64,000 nucleotides of DNA, taken from Adineta vaga (taxonomy: Eukaryota; Animalia; Rotifera). Shown piece after piece: positions 35,647 through 47,500 of the stretch (position 1 is its first letter; each line of letters starts with the position of its first letter). The position numbers and the translations under genes were made by a program. Under the pieces are notes generated by a model that was not told the DNA's origin, did not search any database, and was given only the letters and a program-made list of their open reading frames with translations. Location of the stretch: assembly GCA_021613535.1 (NCBI GenBank), contig CP075492.1:17732001-17796000 (forward strand), written 5' to 3'.

Positions 35647-36120
35647 ATGTTTAAATATGGGTAACCTGCTCGATTAAGAAACGAATATGTGGCTGTTTTT
35701 TTATTCGAGGTCTTAAAAAACATTTGAAAAATAAAGTATTTGGCTGTTTGTTGGAATCAATTGAGTAATATCGTAGATTTTAAAGTCTTCAAATTTAGAA
35801 TATAAACAAGAATAGCGCACTTATTCGCTGAAGTTTTCATTGGTTTCATGAGTCATATTTTAATATTGGAGAAAAAGAAGTATTTACGTCATTTTCCATG
35901 AATCTTAAGGGTAGGTGTGTGTGGATGAGTGTTAAAAGAATAAACTCTTACTGACGTCCACCCTTACATTTCGATTAAACTTTCTTATCTCTGAACTCAA
36001 TACAAATGCCTAGATCTACATTATGGTCTATGCATAACCTCCTTCGCAAAATTTGCAGGCACTTTCCTTACCGACTTTCTGTTATGACGCAAACAATCCA
36101 ACCAACGACGCTCGACATGA

Positions 36121-36192
36121 TCTTGCGGGTGGAGATGGGGGTGAGAGTTTATTCTTTTGACTGTCACATACACCCACACCCCACCCTTAAGA
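36121..36192. repeat. Telomere-like inverted-repeat element
   Basis: tcttgcgggtgg...cacccacacccacccttaaga; a further copy at ~35903-35967. Confidence 0.8.
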
Positions 36193-36224
36193 TTAAACAA
36201 ACAAGGTCAAGATTTCCATTATAA

Positions 36225-36970
36225 TTACAGAATCTTCGACATCGACTAAATAGTTGACTAAATATCAATTGCAAAACCAAATACCGTCGGAAATCCAATA
36301 AACCACCAGATTAAAACAAATGCTCCAATTGCTTCCAAAGGTGCTAAGAGTAGAGCATAAACAAAAAAACAAAATTCTTGAAATTTACTTGTATCATTCA
36401 CTATGATATTGATAACTTTAGCAGTCGTAGTCTTATGAAATGCTTCTGTACTAACAGTTAATAAATGTTTATAAATAGCGCATGATAATGCTGTCTGAAA
36501 ACACATTCCTATTCGAGTATTTTGAAATTCGATGTGTTGATGAAGAGTACCATAGAGAATTGCACATAGACATAATGCAGCAGCAGCATATAAATAAATT
36601 CTATACATAGGTAAAATTGATTGATCTTGAATATAAAGAATAATTTCACGAATTAACCATGGTTGAACAAGACGAGTTAGAATATAAGGAAAAAGAAGGA
36701 GAATTGTTGGAATATAATCTTTGAAATGATGAAGAAGATTTATCGACAGTAGAAAGATCATCAAAATCATCATCAATAATTGTACATCGATTACATAATG
36801 AAAGAATCGGCGTTGCCCATAACTGAAAAACATCAGATAAATCCATCCTGTGCATGATGATTGAGCCCATTCTAAACGACTTGATTCTCGTTGTTTTTCT
36901 AAAACATAAATATCAATGCAAAGATTTATTTTCGTTCGTTCTTACCAACATTTTCGACTCTAGGCGCCAT
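36225..36970 (-). pseudogene. 3'-truncated ABCC/MRP4-like transporter
   Basis: ATG 36970, intron, then LVQPWLIREII...RIGM...ALSCAIYKHLL...VINIIVND...APLEAI; stops within TMD1 with no NBD. Confidence 0.75.
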
Positions 36971-37060
36971 TGATCTTCACGTTAAAAATGTCTCTATCAC
37001 ACAAATTCTTTGCATTCTTATCTGTTCTACTGTTAGCACTTAAATTTTACATTTCTATCA

Positions 37061-37984
37061 ATGTCAACAGAACTGAGTTTTAAATTAACGCATAATATTC
37101 TTCGTGTTAATAATTCAAATGAATTAATTCAATTCTATGTGAATAATTTTGGTATGAAAATCAATCATCTATCACTTCCATCGAATGTTCATATTTTGGG
37201 ATATTCAATAAATTCTGATGAAAACTTAACATCTCTTGAATTTCATGATAATGATTCGACATCAATAGTTAAAAATAGTAGTGAATTAAAAATATATTGG
37301 AAGATTGGTATAACATTATATGATGTGAATTATGCGCAGAAAATTCTTATATCTAAAGGAATAGATATAAGTGAACCATCACAGTTTGAAGATATTGGTT
37401 ATGTATGTCATTTGATAGATCCAAATGGTTTTAATATTGAATTATTACAACATGATTTTGAAAAGACATTTAAAGATAAAATTAATAAACAATTACCAAA
37501 AGATAATTTTCCATTAGGATATCCGTGTTGTATTGGTCAAATAACGTTCCATTCTAATGATATAAATGAAACTGAAAAATTCTATTGTGATCTATTAGGT
37601 ATGAAATTATTATCGATACAAGAAGTACCAAAATATGGATTTACACTATATTTTTTTGCTTGGACCAATGAAAATACACCTTCATCCGATATTAAAGATG
37701 CTACTATTAATCGTGAATGGTTATGGAAACGACCATATACAATGATTGAAATAAGATATTTCAATGGTACAAAACAAATACCACCTTTTCGAGATTTACA
37801 AGAAAATGAAATTGGTTTTCAAGGTATTAGAATTATGTGTAATCATTTGGATAAGTTTAGAGAGAAAATGAAAGAAGAAAATATTCATTTTAAAGAATCC
37901 AATGGAATATTTGGTAGAGAAATTATTATTCGTGATCCTGACAATATACCGATTTATTTTACTTCTACTTATAGCCAAATATAA
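37061..37984 (+). CDS. Two-domain glyoxalase I / VOC-fold protein, intronless
   Basis: HNILRV...FY..NFGM, YWKIGITL, DPNGFNIELLQ, FYCDLLGMKLL...FTLYFFA, IRDPD. Confidence 0.85.
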   Translation: MSTELSFKLTHNILRVNNSNELIQFYVNNFGMKINHLSLPSNVHILGYSINSDENLTSLEFHDNDSTSIVKNSSELKIYWKIGITLYDVNYAQKILISKGIDISEPSQFEDIGYVCHLIDPNGFNIELLQHDFEKTFKDKINKQLPKDNFPLGYPCCIGQITFHSNDINETEKFYCDLLGMKLLSIQEVPKYGFTLYFFAWTNENTPSSDIKDATINREWLWKRPYTMIEIRYFNGTKQIPPFRDLQENEIGFQGIRIMCNHLDKFREKMKEENIHFKESNGIFGREIIIRDPDNIPIYFTSTYSQI

Positions 37985-38296
37985 TGATCATCTGCTTCAT
38001 ACTTTTTAACAATTATATGTGTTACGACTTCTATACATTATTTTAACTGTAAACTATATCTGAGTAATTTCCGTTTCTGAAGGAATCATTTGTTCTGCCT
38101 TGAAAGTTCCCATTGAATTCTGATTAGAACTTGATGCATGGGTTTTTCTCCGTCTTTTATGAAAAAACTTAGCTTCGAAGTGTGAAATTTTTATTGTCGT
38201 GTTTCGTTTTGAATTACAGGTATGTGACATCTTATGATGAATGTAATAAAATAATCATTGTGCTTATTTGAGCTGTTAGTGACGAACGATCTACGA

Positions 38297-39360
38297 TGGC
38301 AAGTTCTAGTATGAATGAAGAAAATATTATGGCAGCTATCGATAAACAAATCGTAAATTTCGGGAAGACGAACATAATAGTTATTTATTGAGTGGCAGGC
38401 AGCAACCCATTAATGGAATATTTAAATGTGATGTTGCGACAGTATGGATGAAGAAAATATTCGTGGCAGCACAGTCGAGTAAACAAAAACTCGAAATGAA
38501 GGCTCTTGCCTGTTCTGAGTAGGCACAAGTACATTCATTAATGGAATATTTGAATGTGATGTTGCGACAGAAGGAGTCGGGCAACCAGTTACTCAAAATA
38601 TTACCGAATATCCAGTACCGCACAGTCAAGTAGTACTGTTTGACACAAAAGGTCTCGAAATGAAGGCTTACACGGAAATAGTGAAAAAAACAGAGACGAT
38701 CGTGAAGAAGCGCAAAGAATCTAAAGATAGAAATAATCATATTCATTTGGCTTGGATGTGCATTGCACAAGGAAGTGCTCGTTGCGAAGACGGAGAAAAA
38801 GCTTTCATCGAAATGTTAGGACGTTACACGCCCGTGATTATTGTGTTAACCCAGTGTTACCGTCAATCAAACGATTTAAGAGTTCAAAAATTGTAAAGTC
38901 ATACCTGTTATAGCGAAAGAGGAGATAATGGCAGGTGCATATCACATTCCAACAATGGGTTTAGACAAGTTAGCGAGAATCACTGAAGAATTATTGCCGG
39001 ATGCACATAAAAATGCTTTTGTTGCCGTTCAAAGACTAGATTTTCAATCGAGAATAAACAAAGCTCATGCTATTGTTGTCAGTGCAGCAGTAAGGGCGGG
39101 CGTCGTTGGCATCCAGGAATCATGGGAACTGCAGCAGGCGCAAGTGTACTGGAATACTAGCTGCAAACCTTTGGAAGATGATCCCAGGTGTTGGATCGAT
39201 TGCAGGTGGTATAATTAGTGCAGGTGTTGCTGGTACTATTATAACAACATTCGGTGAAGCGTATATTGGCATGTTAGTTGCACTGTTCAAGGAGAACGGT
39301 AACAAGCAACCAACAGCTGAACAACTTTTAGCAAAGTGTAAAGAACACCAAAAAAGTTAA
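38297..39360 (+). pseudogene. Bacterial-type GTPase with DUF697/YcjF-like C-terminus, broken
   Basis: STFINGIF...GVGQPVTQ, FDTKGLE, HIHLAWMCI, PVIIVLT, then Gly-rich KMIPGVGSIAGGIISAGVAGTIITTFGEAYI. Frameshifts and a scrambled P-loop region. Confidence 0.7.
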
Positions 39361-39529
39361 TCCACAGAAAAAGAGACAAAATAAATAAGATTCAATATAG
39401 TTTGCGTGTATCCAAATTTCCTTGAGTGTGAGTTTATTATAAGAAATAAATTCAAAGTATTCATACGGCGCGAGAATGGATGAGTTTTACGGTATATAAA
39501 TTGAAAGTGAAAAATGCTTAAGAAAAGAC

Positions 39530-39606
39530 TTGAGAGTGGGTGTGACTGTAGGTGGATGTGCATCGGGAGAGGATAGATAATGACACCCACGTCCTCACCC
39601 TCAAGA
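39530..39606. repeat. Telomere-like inverted-repeat element
   Basis: cttgagagtgggtgtg...cacccacgtcctcaccctcaaga, abutting the LDLa receptor remnant. Confidence 0.8.
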
Positions 39607-42600
39607 TTTCATACACAATATTCTGTCTATCATTCGAATGATTTTGATTTCGATTGTTTTTATGCTCATTTAGTATATGATGAAGAAGAAGAGAATTATA
39701 TGCATAGTGATATAACATATCAATTAATTCCTTATTGTCGAAGACCAAGTGAACCTGAAGAAGATGAATCGATGATTTCATTCAATAATGTATTTAATAC
39801 AATGACATTTGCCGATCTATATCAATATGAAATAACAATTGAACAATTATTTGAATGGTCAACACCAATTGATCTTGTTGAACAATATGCTATGAAACAA
39901 ATTGATAAAATAAAGATTTTTTATAATTGTTCATATCCGTGGTTTGGTTCTCAATGTCAATATAGATTTATTGATAATAGTTCTTTATCATTTGATGAAA
40001 TTGTTCGATCAAATTTTCTTACACGACAAGCAATTAAAGATGAATTACCTGATATTTCTCTTGGTACGTGTTATCCATTTTTAACAAATTGTTCTTACAG
40101 ATCAACACCAATGTGTCTTGATTGGCGTGAAATTTGTGATGGAAAATCTGATTGTATTAATGGTGAAGATGAACAAGATTGTCATTTAATGGAAATCAAT
40201 CAATGTCCTAATGATACTTATCGATGTCATTATGGTGGACAATGTATTCCATTAAGTTTTCTAAGAGATCAATATAATCATTTTGATTGTCTTGATGGAA
40301 CTGATGAAACTAAATTATTCGAAATTGCTAAACTTTATTATGGAGCTTTTTGTTTTACAATTCCAACATTTCAATGTGAAAAACGTATTAGTCGATATCA
40401 ATATTCTTTTCATTGTGGTGATGGACAATATTATCCCTCTAATTACAATTCAGTACATACGGATATGTGTTCAAATGGTCGTTTTCTACAATTTGAATAT
40501 TCTCGAAATGACTCATTTTCAAATCTTTCAATTGAACTATTGAATTCAACTTTGATTTATTCATTAATTTTATGTCAATCGAACAAAAATGAATGTTTAT
40601 CAGAATGGTATTTTAAAGTTCGATTATTTCATTCTTTTTCAATATTTCATTTTATCTATTTATCTAATCGATCATTTTCGGATTTTTATTATTTAATTCA
40701 ACCTGATTTGATTTGTTTCAATAGAAAAGATTGTTTAGGAATGATTTCTAACAATTCAATTGATATTGCTGGATTAATTTGTTATCCTACAAATGTTATT
40801 ACTAATCAATCACTAATGGAAGATGGAGAACGACAAGAACTTCTTCAAGATCTTTTTCATCGTTGTACAACAACGAATATTGAACAAACATGTTCACATT
40901 CATCACTTTTTCATTGTTCACGTTCATTAAAATGTATTTCGAAATATCGTCTCATCGATGGAATTTCCGATTGTTATTATAATGAAGATGAAATGAATGA
41001 AATTCAACGAAATATTCTTCAAGGATATGTATCTATTGGTCTTCTATGTGGTAAAAAAAAAGAAAAGTTATTAGAAAAAGCAAATGAAACTGATGAAACC
41101 AATTGTGAATATTGGCCACGTAATAATCCTTGTATACGATGTGATGGAATTTCAAATTGTCCAAATCAAACCGATGAACTAAATTGTCCTTGGTTAGAAT
41201 ATACAGTCAAAGAAAACGACTGTTCGAAAACAATTGCAACAGATCGATTTTGTTATCGTACAATGCTTCTATTAGAAACAAAATTCGATATTCGAATAAT
41301 TCGTAATAATCAAAGTGTTCTTTCACAAAATATCACTAATTGTATAACACACAAGAGATGTTTGTCTTTATCAGAAGTGTGTCGATTCGAACCGCCACCC
41401 ACCCCTGACATTCTGTGTAACAAAAACTTAAGTATAACTGACTTATGCTTTAATCAAAGAGTTTTCTGGTGGTCACCAATTATTTGACGACATCTTTGTC
41501 GTTTTAATTTTGAGACATCGATTGGAAATGATCAAACAGCATCATTTTTTACATCCTATCGGCTAGATTATTTACCGTCAACTTCATCTATTTTATCAAA
41601 TTCGAATGATAAAACACTCACGAAATTAGAAGTAACAATAAAAACTTTAGAAAATTGGTATTGTAATCGAGGTATTCCTATTTTTTATAAGACAAATCAA
41701 ACAAAAATTTGTTTATGTCCACCAAGTTATTTTGGTAGACGATGCCAATGGCAAAATCAACGAATTAGTTTAACATTTCAATTTCTCTGTCAAAACAATC
41801 CTTCTCACATAATTCAAATATTTCAAACCTTAATTCTCCTTATTGATCAACAAACACATCTGATCTTATCACATGAAAAAATTCTTTACATACCAAAAGA
41901 TAATTGTGGAACAAAATATAATATTTATTTACTTTATCCATTTCGAGTAAAACATCTTTCGCAAAATTATTCAATACATATTGATATTTACGACGTAATA
42001 ACTTTAACATATTTTGGAAGTTGGTTTCTATCAATTTCATTTCAATTTTTACCTGTTAATCGAATTGCAACTCAATTATTTATTCCAGCTATATACCGAT
42101 GTATCGATCAAAATCATGTTCTTTATCTTGTGGTCAATATGATCAATGTGTAGAATATTTAAATGAAAAGAATTCTTATTTTTGTCAATGCGATCAAGAT
42201 TATTCAGGTTTACAATGTCATATTCAACACAATTGTTCTTGTTCATTCGATTCATTTTGTCATTCACCATCGATTTGTATTTGTCCGTTGAAGAAATTTG
42301 GTACGAAATGTTATTTATCTCATTCGATTTGTGAACAATTAATTAATACTTGTCAAAATAATGGATTATGTATACCTGATGATGATCGAATCGGTTTAAA
42401 GATTTCTATGGGAAAACGTGTCAATACAAACAAAATCGAATTGATATGAAATTTGATCAGAAGAAAATGAATTTAATTCCATCTATATTTATACATTTTA
42501 TAAAATCAATCGAAAATAATGAACATCAACATATAATAAGATTAAAGAAGATTCATAGTGAACAAAATCTTCTTACAATTTACATGTCATATCCATTTCA

Positions 42601-43240
42601 CATTGTTTTTATTGAAACATTAGATCATAGATTTTATTTAGTTGTATTAAGAAAAAAATTTCTTCCATCCAAATATATTCAAACAAATATTTTATCAAAT
42701 CAACAATTAATTCTTATTAAAATGACAATCTTAATTACAACCATAGTGCTTTTTCTTACATTAATCAATGGATTTTTTTCATTAATAACATATCGAATAA
42801 AAGATATAAAAAGCATTGGTTTTGGTTCATATTTATTAATATCTTTACAATTTTGACGAATATTCATGATCCATTTTATCGTCAATTAATTGATGATTTT
42901 GATATTGATGAAGAACGAACATGGTGTATTTAATATTCATCTGAAAAATTGATATTTATAACTACATAATTGACATTTTTCATTTTCTAATTATTTTCAA
43001 TGAATTTTTCTCAACATTAATTATTATTTTCTTAGGCTTTACTTCAGCAACAGAATCGTAAAATTAATTTAAAGAACAATTTCATTTCTAAGTGGATGTA
43101 TTAAATCATCACGTGATCCATCATTATATCTTCTTAGTTATCTTATTTCGTTTATTCCATCAATGATCACTTTTTTCGTCTTTATTATATCAGCTGATGG
43201 ATATAAACAAGATTTCTATTTTATTCTTCGACAACAATAA
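39607..43240 (+). pseudogene. LDLa/EGF-repeat large 7TM receptor pseudogene
   Basis: CLDWREICDGKSDCINGEDE, DCLDGTDE, CNRG...CLCPPSYFG.RCQWQNQRISLT, EGF modules, decayed TM segments; many frameshifts after 41487; no signal-peptide exon. Confidence 0.8.
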
Positions 43241-43662
43241 CGATCAAAATTATAAACGAACAAATTTCTCTTTAATTCTCAAAGCTTATTGTATGTACTT
43301 GTCTTTTTTAGTTATGAATATAAAATAAATCGAGTAATGGAATGTTTGTGAATTGTTAGGTATTGAAACAATAAGCAAATCGAATTAGTTTTAGATTTAG
43401 AGAGATTCATACGAATATAATTTCAAAAAAAAACCTTTATCGTTTTATTATTACCACGTGTTTACGAAACGAATGTTTTTATGTTCGAATAATGTATCAT
43501 TATGATGATCGAATGATACATTCATATGAATAATAAACGAGAAAAATATGTATTTCTTTGATTATATCGAAATAATGACGTTATTCCTTTGCAATTTATA
43601 TACGCATCATTTCGTTAAGTTTCTTCATTTCATTCGTCAATACATTAATCAAAACAACGATC

Positions 43663-44009
43663 ATGAGTAAGTTATTGCTATGTCTTTACTAAAGAAAAAT
43701 AAATTCAACTGAATTTAGGTTTTATCAATAATACTCTTGAGAAAAAGACTGGTCTCGATCTCAATCATGATGGATTTGTTGGAAGCGAGAAAAATGCTGA
43801 AAAACAATATGGTGTTGATTTCAACGGTGATGGATATATCGGAGGCGAAGGTAAATATCTTTCATTTATTTTAACTTTCATATCGAATATTATGAACCAT
43901 AGGTATACAAAGCAAAGTTGAAAGAACAACCCATGTTGATCTTAACAACGATGGCATCATTGGTCGTCCATTAGACACATATCCTGGTGGTTATGGAGGT
44001 CCTCGCTAA
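43663..44009 (+). CDS. 80-aa protein with three DxNxDG repeats, 3 exons (not in ORF track)
   Basis: Exons 43663-43666, 43719-43850 and 43903-44009 give MSFINNTLEKKTGLDLNHDGFVGSEKNAEKQYGVDFNGDGYIGGEGIQSKVERTTHVDLNNDGIIGRPLDTYPGGYGGPR*; AATAAA downstream. Confidence 0.85.
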
Positions 44010-44449
44010 GTTCTTTTATAATAGAGACGAACTCCTTTCTATTCACATTGCCTTCTACCCATTTTTCTCATATTGATAAATAAAAAGTAGAAAAAGTTTA
44101 CTTGTTGTCTCAAAATTGATGCGTATCAATAGAAAAAAAACATAACAATTATTGGACCGTCACTGTCTTAGTATTGTCAAAAAGAAAACATGTTAATAAC
44201 CATTCAACGAATACTTTTGATAGCATATGCAAAAAGAAATAATAGTGCGTAATAATTTCTATCAATAATCACATGTTTACTTATATTATACTTCAATCGA
44301 AGAAAAACAACATTTCTTTTTCAGCAATTTGGGAATTGATTGATTTTCATCATGTATATAAACATATTCATTTTCTTATACAACAATTTAGTTAATCAAT
44401 TTTCATTGTATTGACGTATTTTTATAAATCAATAATATTTTCTTATTCG

Positions 44450-44650
44450 ATGGATTGCTGTTGGGATTGTGATTATATTATTTGCTGTGATCCATGTGAT
44501 GAAATTGAAGTAACATATTTACAAAAAGTACCCGTCATTGAAGAAATCATATGTGTCGATGCAAAACCTCGCAGATGTCGTCCAAAACGCGAGAAATGTT
44601 GTGTTGAATACATAACATATGAAATTGATCCATGTGATATTTGTTGGTGA
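44450..44650 (+). CDS. 66-aa Cys-rich small protein
   Basis: MDCCWDCDYIICCDPCD...CCVEYITYEIDPCDICW*; TATAAA upstream (~44356), AATAAA downstream. Confidence 0.65.
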   Translation: MDCCWDCDYIICCDPCDEIEVTYLQKVPVIEEIICVDAKPRRCRPKREKCCVEYITYEIDPCDICW

Positions 44651-45002
44651 AGATATAAATTACAATAAAACAAACATTTACAATTATTTCCTTTTTGGGC
44701 GAAGGATAATAACAAGAACTGTAGTTAATATTCTATCTAATAAACAAAAAAATCTATATTCATATTTTCTTTCTCAAAAAGAAGAGTCTTGCAAGAATAA
44801 ATTGAGAGTAGTATGAGTTCGAAGTTGGAGTTAGTATTTAAAAATAAGGTGAAAATAAAAGAAATAATATTTCGTGTATAAATTATCTGTAGGATTTTTT
44901 TCTCTTCATGTTATTTCATCTATGATATTATACGAATTTAATTGATATTCTTTATTCATTTTCTCAATAAAATATTCCATTATATATGAGCTTCTAAAAA
45001 CA

Positions 45003-45048
45003 TCTTGAGGGTGTGGGTTGAAATAAAGAATCGATACCCACACCCTCA
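45003..45048. repeat. Telomere-like inverted-repeat element
   Basis: tcttgagggtgtggg...cccacaccctca. Confidence 0.85.
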
Positions 45049-45238
45049 TTGTTGTCTATCGGACTTCGATAGAAATTTAAGGTTAATAATAAGAGTGAGG
45101 GTTAGTTATATTTATTTCTTCTTATGATAATATAAAAACTAAATTTTTATGAAAATGAAAAAAATCTTTCACAAATTGTGTATATAAAAAGATGATGTGT
45201 CTGTAACGTCATGTTACACCAAATCTATATGAAACTCT

Positions 45239-45445
45239 TCATATGCCTCGTCCATAGCCTGCACCCATACCTCCATTAATAAATTGTTGATAAGCCCTAG
45301 CAAATTCTGGTGTCCATTGAACCAAAACAGTTATTGTAGGTTGAAAACCTGGTCTACCACCAAGCCTATCAACATATCCATATCTTCCACGACGCGCATA
45401 ACTGAGTGCTCTCGCTGTTTCCCAATCACTGGCTTGAAATCCCAT
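45239..45445 (-). CDS. 68-aa Gly/Arg/Tyr-rich small protein
   Basis: MGFQASDWETARALSYARRGRYGYVDRLGG...GGMGAGYGRGI*; raised GC; TATAAA about 45 nt upstream. Confidence 0.6.
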   Translation of the reverse strand: MGFQASDWETARALSYARRGRYGYVDRLGGRPGFQPTITVLVQWTPEFARAYQQFINGGMGAGYGRGI

Positions 45446-46180
45446 ATATTTGTTAGGTTTATTCATAAAAGATTGAAACATTCTTCTTTATATCAGATAT
45501 TTGTTGTTATATTTGTATACGACAATGCTCTGATAGTTATGAAACTAAATATATGTTTACACATTTGTAGTGGTGAGGAAAATAGAAGACAAAATTCTAC
45601 GCAAAATTATATACTATTTGTTTTTTTTCGATGTTTGAAAATGTAAATAGAATTTTGTTTCGTTACATTTCAAACCGCAACGATGCAAAGGGAAAATATA
45701 TCATTTCATTTAATTATGTTGACGTCAAGAAGTTGTATTTTATAATGAAGCATAGAATTAATAAACAAAGAACAAAAAAAGCGTATTGTTTCATGCATTT
45801 TAAATATATCCATGTCAATTCATTTGGATCAGAACGATAATGTTTAACTCGATGTATCTCCAAAAATTATACTGAAATCGATCGGTTAGAATTGACATAA
45901 ACAAATCATTGTATTCTGTTATTCGAACGATCAGTCACATACAAATTAAAATAAATATCATCATTTAATGTAACAAATAAAGTTGTGTAGTGCAATATTG
46001 TGGCATTTAATCGTCGGTGTGGATTGATATTTCGATTTTAGAAGGTGAGAATTTGATTTTTAGAATAATCAGATACATAGATACTATCTTTGGAATCGAT
46101 GAAAATACTATTATCAATAAAAGTGATTCCACATTGATTTCATGTTACATATGGGCAGAGTTTTGTTTGATTGTATGAAA

Positions 46181-46240
46181 TTAAGGTGTGGGTGTGGATT
46201 TGTCTTCTATATATTCACACCCACACCCACACCCTCAAGA
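46181..46240. repeat. Telomere-like inverted-repeat element
   Basis: ggtgtgggtgtggat...attcacacccacacccacaccctcaaga. Confidence 0.85.
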
Positions 46241-46265
46241 TGGAAAAAAGTCATGTTGGAACAGT

Positions 46266-47500
46266 TCATATCTGTGAACCAACTCTGTTTGTCCTTTTTC
46301 GAAAGCAATATACGATGATTTTAACTACTGTTGGTACGAGAATTTTTGAAATTTTTGTCAACCCACCAATTATACCAATCAATGTTGTGATGATAAAGAT
46401 TGCGTCATTTCTTGTTTGAATAGAATACGTGCATTCTATAGGGTGACATTCAGTATAGTATTTATCATAGATCTTCGTTGAATTCCATTCTTCAATCATT
46501 AAATTCTGAAGGAGGTGTTCAATTGTTGAATCTTGAAAATACTGACTTGGCAATAATGGATTGAGAGCTGTCGCCTGCATTCGCGAAGCAGATGACAAAT
46601 ACATTTGTAATTGATCTATACAGGTTTGATCAAAAAAGCACTCAAGAGTAGATTGAAGTAATGCTTCAATAACATAGCATCCTCTATAAAAACCAGGTAC
46701 ATTGAAAACTCTGTTTTAACGTTTGATATGTACGATGCATCTAGAGTAAACTGATATATCAGCAATAAGAATAATATCTGGTGAGAACATTTATATAGTT
46801 TGTAATTTGTTTGTCTTGCAGAGAGTAAAACATTCCCTTGAATTGTCTTTCTGATCGTATTGAGAGATAATAAAAAATTATTTGTTGTTGATAATTTAAA
46901 CTGTTTCATCAAGGATTGAGTTTGTAACTCAAATAATTGTAATGGTACGACAGACGCAGTGATATATTGACTTGAGTTAAATTGAATCAAACTATTATAA
47001 ATTGTACTCTCGACTAATTCACAAAATGCACGTAAAGCTTGAAATGCAAATGAAACTATTATTCGCAAATCATCGCTAGTTAACAAATTCTGACGAATCA
47101 CATCTTTATGTGAAATCCATTCGTCGGAAATAAAAATACTAGTACATACTTGATGTAATGTATAGTTAATATGAAGAAATTTTTCATAGTTGATTGATAT
47201 ATGTGTGCATGGACATGTAAGAGTTTGTGAATATGTTGAATATAATTGTTCATATTGTGTGCGAGTAGGTGTTGCAATGTTGATAGTTTTTGTATCATTG
47301 GCTATGGATGCATATAAGAGAAGAATTATTAATGATAGAATGAGCAATTCAATGAATAAAATTGTTGATATTCTTTGATTTTTAATTTCATGTTCATCAG
47401 TTGAAGGTGGTACAGATGAAAATAAATTGAAATTTTGACAGAACTGTTTAAATTTTCTCCATAATTGAAAAGTTCGACTACAAGTATGTGTCGCTACAAG
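46266..47500 (-). pseudogene. Membrane protein of the CPC...HQVCxS family, internally deleted or frameshifted
   Basis: TM, LYSTYSQTLTCPC, LHQVCTSIFISDEW, then out-of-frame NLMIEEWN...YYTECHPIECTY...TLIGIIGGL. Confidence 0.6.

Noticed and set aside
37061-39360. Bacterial contamination
   Set aside because: Contiguous with intron-containing genes and flanked by the host hairpin elements; no operon structure.
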